DNA from: Candidatus Dojkabacteria bacterium
Lineage (GTDB): Bacteria > Patescibacteriota > Dojkabacteria > B142 > WJKM01
Direction of reading: 5' to 3'
NCBI GenBank assembly: GCA_041918255.1
Contig: JAYRWD010000026.1
Coordinates: forward strand, 9,977-73,976
DNA: 64,000 bases
A program made the position numbers and the translations under genes. The notes beneath the pieces were generated by a model. That model ran no database searches, had not been told where the DNA came from, and saw nothing but the letters and a program-made list of their open reading frames with translations. Of this stretch, positions 60,601 to 64,000 are shown piece by piece (position 1 is the first letter of the stretch; every line of letters begins with the position of its first letter).

Positions 60601-61709
60601 CAATATCTACACCAACACCCACTTCATCGTCTGGTCGCTCAAATGGATCGGAGTATAACGGTACGAGTGGTAGTAATTCGCAGAGCCAAGACCTTGAAGT
60701 GACCCCAGATACTATCAGGGTCATATTGCCACCATCTCTAAGTAGAAATATAAACTCATGCACAACCCATATTGATATCCGAGATGTACAGATTAGGAGA
60801 AATGTCGAAGAAACTTCGGCTCAATTATGTTGGACTACGACGCCAGAGATTACAGTTGGGACGGTTAAATATGGTAGGGGAGGGATTCTCGATAGAGGTA
60901 CTCTACGTAATGGACGTTGCGCTACTCTAAACAATTTAGCACTTGATGCTACATATAACTTCGAAATTAGCGAAAGTGAAGCAGGTTGTGAGGGTATAAC
61001 TATAGACGGAAGCTTCTATATGCCTAAACAAGGTTCGGATTCAAACTTCGTGTTCATTGGCGGGACTAATCCCCTTCAAGAAAAGAGAGAGGCAAAACTT
61101 TTGGAAGTAACGGGTCTGATAACTGGGGTTGCGTCCATAAGTACGATGTTTGTTCTGGTGCCCTTTAATTTTCTTCTCAATCCAAATATGTTTCGTTTCG
61201 GATTGTTAACATTAGTAGGTCTGAAGCGCAAAAAGAATGGAATTGTATATGATATTTCAACTGGGAAGCCTATTACTTATTCAAAGGTCGAAACATTTGT
61301 CGATGGGCTACTAACTGACAGGACAGCCTCTGGTTTAGATGGTAGATTTGGTCTATCTTTAAGTAAGCCGGGAAGGGTAAAAGTTGTGGTTAGTCATGAG
61401 GGATATTATGATCGAGAAGTGATTGTAGATATCGGAGAGGGGGAAACTAAAATTCAAAAGATAGGGCTGATTGAAAAAAGCGAATATGATAAAGAAAAAG
61501 GAAAATTAGATAATCTCAAAAATAAATTGATAGTCCATAAATATTACGCCAATACGGCGTTGATTCTCCTCGGGCTATCGTCTTCGATATTTTCCTACGT
61601 TGCTGTAGGAACTAAGCTTGGAATTATAAGTATATTGGTATTTGTGGGAACTAGTGCTTATGCCTTGGCGTATAGTAAATACGGGAAAAAGTCTGTAGAA
61701 GTAGATTGA
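54672..61709 (+). CDS. Giant (2345-aa) membrane-anchored surface protein. It has an N-terminal receiver-like domain, TM helices, acidic repeats, tandem parallel beta-helix modules, a Pro/Thr linker, a CarbopepD_reg/Cna-B-like domain and C-terminal TM helices.
   Basis: The frame stays open for 7 kb. The N-terminal roughly 120 aa have CheY-like placement of acidic residues, Thr and Lys (LLDDD...LIIVD...VVTD...SKKSK). There are two copies of the C-x7-CTLRAAIQE-x-N module and dozens of NxG rungs. Other elements are TPTPTPTPISTPTPT, GIVYDISTGKPITYSKVETFVDG and terminal hydrophobic helices. Confidence 0.8.
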   Translation: MSFSIVLLDDDFVFRQTVNIVLTNLSKRTGIDLKVFTSGNGVEGLGYVYVTNPDLIIVDTTLPKYAGKELIEFIISNQRISKNSIVVTDQGDRKVSIKEPGSIILSKKSKTFLKDLSQIVLEIARKHDKSLPQQVGKVAGLNIGQRVVELANKSDIEAMKAERSKSFFLRKWHYVVRFGYEVILSILLTSLYIKFRRPEDANIEGSPADEKYYRVRVYPTISTIGTTAVFFLLQVILFILGGVTVMNLRFDSIFAAWKGSEVIDLANSEFDTDAIEYDDGVLRLKNLNSVVIEPQEQEIPLSGPVDESSEDVDSVDEVDDGESPVPTDIEIPSEVASPTEEVVPTEEVGEESSDITNEEDQQIPSVEPEVIVDENSGEGNVQTEESGQSEPIQTEESGSSENSTSVDADSNSLDSNEGSDATVLGIEDERPIRTKPEYSTEKPSVVFNEVVKFSQLVSILEESRDNDSLSSMLSPIYGYTKGQYPKNGITYQLSPDGEHWFFYDGAGWTVTEQGYMTSNSIQEVNLNLSKFESALGEVYLRAFFISDGDTLVQLKALTINRDLNLITKLLEEQQWILPEELSLPTSILVQAMRPVVLSAATVDGTKIVTGRVEMPEGITVSESELQNLVVEIYQTEADDEAMEPIGREKLIGTTNVQRVTRSDGIVEDQFMLEVQGEGGNFVSARIVYKPDSPEETPVEVESVESDLIHNASFTITSNADTGDASPGNGVCNTGGAICTLRAAIQETNALANGASPDNILSNLSALQRLITPDTALPDITDPVSIDLSQEVGRAPTMVVRLDGSDIADPNTVNGLTITAGSSTVQGFAIFNFGGNGIKLSTGNSNVVKWMNIGTNILEESNPNGQNGIHILNSGNNSIGITGSTTIISSNTLNGILIEGAQSTGNTVYNCKVGVNGAGTAALGNTQSGIKILNADSNIIGDTLKSNTISGNTLDGIELDGADSNTIRANFIGDYTNAGSSFVNARYGIQLTTSTSNTIASNYITGNSYGGVLLAGTSDVNTLNANTVGITYSGATKGNGTNKSGIYIQDSSDNLLGTSSSSNKNIVSGHDVAGIVIEGLNATASGNLLKYNYVGTNTSGAISSGFENDRAGIIIAGDADSNIIGGDWNDEGNVIKGNGSGILVMSYSNLSKNPDGNSIVSNTISGNTGYTETGLGIDLADDTDQDLEPDSGQGGNSNDAGDSDGGANGYLNYPVITQASTSLGVTTIDYTIDIESSPYYLLQFFSVTSEDPTGYGEADTLLCQEIVPLADIGNTLDCGGASLVDGVALSITVTLCEDSGCSALGATSEFGLNIIGTSDSFVVNSIADSADASPGDGVCETASSTCTLRAAIQEMNTKPSGGYILFDLNPADGQHYCYVDDGVEGQITNKTTIATAINNDSDAACGGGTVDSDFPNSWFMISPNSAYPSIAVPVVLDGYSQDGTAEATSDSEAILKIAIRYTFSGSQLFNLNSSGITFKGVSIGMGTSGSGGDPNVNFAIRISAGGVNVSGNYIGTGPSGYETSLGLAQDGVSVNSSGDGITIGGSDPANRNIISGNHYNGIAINTSGVTVSGNYIGLARDGLTDLANSYWGIAVYAGDNIIGGDSSDEVNYIGGNTLGGILLSGASSSENQVLGNYIGFGRDGLTAVGNLGPGIQFELGANNNRIGSMLSNAANLVANNSGNGVQIADGDSIGNSILRNSIYMNDGISVDLGPDGFTPNDPNDIDSGANTLLNYPDISSVRYTSEGVEIYGALEADANVSNYYRIFFYSNPSGSGSYEGKYYLGYTDVSLDSGIYDFQSTPIIIQGTKPASGNNAITSMAVACDATPCVTFADSSEFSGAFDAVGNNGEVDIPEEVEVGDQIDLQVVDYDVDRDASTPETISLTTVNDRTGEEEVIILTETEPGSGIFEATLDTLENQVAGDNSDGDVNVSVDDTLTTSYDDELTSDGDTLVVLFATSVVAQGSTDPEITPTPTPTPISTPTPTSSSGRSNGSEYNGTSGSNSQSQDLEVTPDTIRVILPPSLSRNINSCTTHIDIRDVQIRRNVEETSAQLCWTTTPEITVGTVKYGRGGILDRGTLRNGRCATLNNLALDATYNFEISESEAGCEGITIDGSFYMPKQGSDSNFVFIGGTNPLQEKREAKLLEVTGLITGVASISTMFVLVPFNFLLNPNMFRFGLLTLVGLKRKKNGIVYDISTGKPITYSKVETFVDGLLTDRTASGLDGRFGLSLSKPGRVKVVVSHEGYYDREVIVDIGEGETKIQKIGLIEKSEYDKEKGKLDNLKNKLIVHKYYANTALILLGLSSSIFSYVAVGTKLGIISILVFVGTSAYALAYSKYGKKSVEVD

Positions 61710-61711
61710 AA

Positions 61712-61798
61712 CGGAGGTGAGAGGATTCGAACCTCTGGTCCCGCAAGCGAGACATTGGTTTTCGAGACCAACCCATTCGACCGCTCTGGCACACCTCC
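61712..61798 (-). tRNA. tRNA-Ser (anticodon CGA)
   Basis: A type II tRNA: GGAGGTG-TG-CCAG-AGCGGTCGAATGG-GTTGGT-CTCGAAA-ACCAAT-[long variable arm GTCTCGCTTGCGGGAC]-CAGAG-GTTCGAAT-CCTCT-CACCTCC-G. Confidence 0.85.
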
Positions 61799-62111
61799 TT
61801 AGGGAACAAGGCAATAGATTATATCTTATTTGGAAAGATCGGCTTAATGCAAAAAACGGGGGTCTGAAAACGGTGAAAAGTGTTGTGCTACAGTCGTTAA
61901 GATTGGGTTATCTACAAACGGAAAGATCGAAAATATTCGGGAGATCTCTGTGAATATAATTTCGGAGAGATGATAAATGAACAAATAAAGAATATCTGCA
62001 ATCGGTCCACTAGGTGTTGCGAGTAAAAAATCAATGTGTACACCTTAGGGCAAGATTCTTACGCACCCCTGCGATGCAGAGTATTAGAGAATGAAATCAA
62101 ATATGCTTCGG

Positions 62112-63470
62112 TTAGTCCCTTTCTAGCGAAGTTCCCCCTCCGTTATTGGTCGTTGTTATTTTTTGAGGGGGCGTTATGGTTGCTTTACCTCCGCCGACTT
62201 CGATCTGAGTTGGGTTGGGATAAGCCCTAGTACCTTTCCCTGGACTTGGCGGTTGACAGTTAAAGGATTTAGGTGTCAAAAGACAAGCAAAAGGTCCTCC
62301 ATACGCGCCAATGTCATTTCGTGATCCATCAGGATCATTAGATAGAAAGTCGGTATCACCAGCGTTCACTGCTGGCGAACTACCTTTTTGGATTCTGAAA
62401 TCGCTTTTTTCTATAGAAATAAATTTTGGAGCGACATTTAATAAATTAGTAGTGTCGGGTGTATAGGGTTCCTGGTTGTACCGAACTAGTTCATGGTTGC
62501 CCAAATTATCACTCAAATTATATTTAAAATCTGGAATTGCGGTGGCGGCTAGACCGTAAATTAAGAAGATAACCGAATTGCCCCCGCTAATGATGTTGTT
62601 GCGTATTGAGATTTCTTGAATTGTAGAACCGGTGATATGTATACTATCTCGAAGATTATAAAAAGTATTGTTTAAAATATTTCCTGAAGTAAAGTTCGCC
62701 AGGTAAATGCCATTTAAACCACTGAATATATTTGACTTTAGATACAAATTAGAGATTTCCGCTTCGGCGAATAAGCCTCCGATAACATCGTAGTTATTAA
62801 ACACGTTCCCGGTTATGTCTAGTATGTCAATGTGATGGCTTTCGTCTAATGTACTGATACCATAACATCTTGCGTAACAGTCAAAAACTGATTGATCAAT
62901 TTTCACGTTTCGTGCGTTACCAAGGAGTATTTGGTTGTTTTGGGATGAGTTAAAATAAGACATAGAAACATGAAGGTCTGCAATTGTTGAGTCGATCAGA
63001 ACACCCCCCCGGGTTCCTAGATTAAACCGGATATTGATTACATTCAGGCTTTCTACCGCGTAAAAGATATATGCTCCATCTGAATCATTCACTGTTAGTT
63101 CGGTCCCATTCCCTTCCCCTTGTAGGGTCAAAATTTTATTTATATTAATGCTGGTTGCTGGCATCTGATAATGCCCACTCTTAATGAGTATGGTATCTCC
63201 GTCCTGTGCGACATTTACTGCTTGGCGTATGGCTTCACCGTTAGGTTGTACTGCCTGTACAGGATAGTCGCACTCTCGTCGGACTTCTGAACAGACTACA
63301 AAAGTTCTTGGCTCTGAAGCTTTGGAAGCAACCTCGGTCGGCTCTTTGTCGCTAACTGCCACAGCAATTATCGCAAACAATAATCCAAGTATTAGAAATC
63401 CCGCGCCTAATAATAAAGTGAAATTTCTAGTTTTCGGGGCAGACATTGCGGTTGAATTTTCGAGCTTCAT
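62112..63470 (-). CDS. Membrane-anchored parallel beta-helix (NosD/pectate-lyase-like) protein with a Pro-rich C-tail.
   Basis: An N-terminal TM helix (FTLLLGAGFLILGLLFAIIAVAV), then DGDTILIKSGHYQMP and repeated NN/G beta-helix rungs. The C-terminus is PPSPGKGTRAYPNPTQ. Confidence 0.6.
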   Translation of the reverse strand: MKLENSTAMSAPKTRNFTLLLGAGFLILGLLFAIIAVAVSDKEPTEVASKASEPRTFVVCSEVRRECDYPVQAVQPNGEAIRQAVNVAQDGDTILIKSGHYQMPATSININKILTLQGEGNGTELTVNDSDGAYIFYAVESLNVINIRFNLGTRGGVLIDSTIADLHVSMSYFNSSQNNQILLGNARNVKIDQSVFDCYARCYGISTLDESHHIDILDITGNVFNNYDVIGGLFAEAEISNLYLKSNIFSGLNGIYLANFTSGNILNNTFYNLRDSIHITGSTIQEISIRNNIISGGNSVIFLIYGLAATAIPDFKYNLSDNLGNHELVRYNQEPYTPDTTNLLNVAPKFISIEKSDFRIQKGSSPAVNAGDTDFLSNDPDGSRNDIGAYGGPFACLLTPKSFNCQPPSPGKGTRAYPNPTQIEVGGGKATITPPQKITTTNNGGGTSLERD

Positions 63471-63549
63471 GTTTGTGAACGGTTAATATGTAAAGAAACC
63501 TTGACTAATCTACAAACAGTATAAAAGAATGGAATGTTCAAATCAAATA

Positions 63550-63578
63550 AAAAACCCTCCCAGTTTGGGAGGGTTTGG
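63550..63578. terminator. Rho-independent terminator downstream of the RRM gene (minus strand)
   Basis: On the minus strand, CTTCCAAACCCTCCCA-[aact]-GGGAGGGTTTTTTATTT. Confidence 0.6.
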
Positions 63579-63597
63579 AAGTATCGCTAAAGTTTAT

Positions 63598-63864
63598 TTA
63601 GTCTCGCTCTTCCTTCTGTGGCTTTGCTTCCGACACATAGATTACTCTACCGTCGACTTCGGCCTTCGCATTTAGCTCTTCAATAGCCTTTTGCGCTTCC
63701 TCGGGAGTTGACATAGTCACGAACCCGAATCCCTTTGATCGGTTCTTTACCTTATCGTAAATGATTTTGACATCAAGAACCGTTCCAACCTGGCTAAAGA
63801 CTTCTTTGAGTTGGTCTTCTGTGGCTCGCCAGGAAATGTTGCCTACGAATAGTTTATTCGTCAT
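63598..63864 (-). CDS. RRM-type RNA-binding protein
   Basis: RNP-2 KLFVGNIS and RNP-1 KGFGFVTM in an 88-aa product. Confidence 0.85.
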   Translation of the reverse strand: MTNKLFVGNISWRATEDQLKEVFSQVGTVLDVKIIYDKVKNRSKGFGFVTMSTPEEAQKAIEELNAKAEVDGRVIYVSEAKPQKEERD

Positions 63865-64000
63865 GATTTAGGCATAAAATAAAAAAATAAAGTATCGAAT
63901 CCCGAGAAATAAAAAGCTACTGAAGTAATTTTTATTCCTGATCATCGCAAGGCAATTATAACATTATTGGGCGAACTAAATAAATGCTCTCTCTTCTTTG

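Overview
AT-rich, gene-dense bacterial chromosomal window. Coding is about 90%, proteins are short, IF-2 is minimal, and there are giant surface proteins and SLH anchors. From these traits I infer a small-genome, probably Gram-positive-type-envelope lineage such as CPR/Patescibacteria. The left third (1-28.5 kb) is housekeeping: gatCA, comM/yifB, def, an epimerase, a patatin, ymdB, hup, serS, tRNA-Arg, tspO, argS, a transglutaminase, pcrA, degT, dnaN-dnaA with DnaA boxes (probable oriC), yidD, lexA divergent from a RodZ-like gene, dnaJ, infB and rlmH. The centre (28.5-47.3 kb) is the most unusual part. Six tandem genes encode secreted proteins whose only shared feature is a C-terminal paired-TM hairpin of TrbC/VirB2-pilin-like topology. 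Their ectodomains are hypervariable and Cys-rich. They are followed by a YhaO/YhaN(SbcF/SbcE)-like nuclease/SMC-like ATPase pair in which the ATPase is membrane-anchored, a coiled-coil SpoIID/LytB-like cell-wall hydrolase, a 734-aa single-pass membrane protein of unknown function, smpB, a VirD4/TraG-like coupling ATPase and an SLH-domain surface protein. This block ends exactly at the 3' end of a tRNA-Ile(UAU), and a tyrosine recombinase lies on the tRNA's other side. I propose this block is an envelope-spanning, T4SS-like/competence-like DNA or protein translocation apparatus. The right third holds divIC/ftsB, initiator tRNA, rnpA-rpmH, two membrane-anchored beta-helix proteins, an endonuclease-IV-like gene, tatD and a small GC-rich island (about 52% GC against about 38% background) of likely foreign origin. 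It also holds a 2345-aa giant surface protein with an N-terminal receiver-like domain and duplicated CTLRAAIQE beta-helix modules, tRNA-Ser(CGA) and an RRM protein. No CRISPR array, rRNA or transposase was seen.
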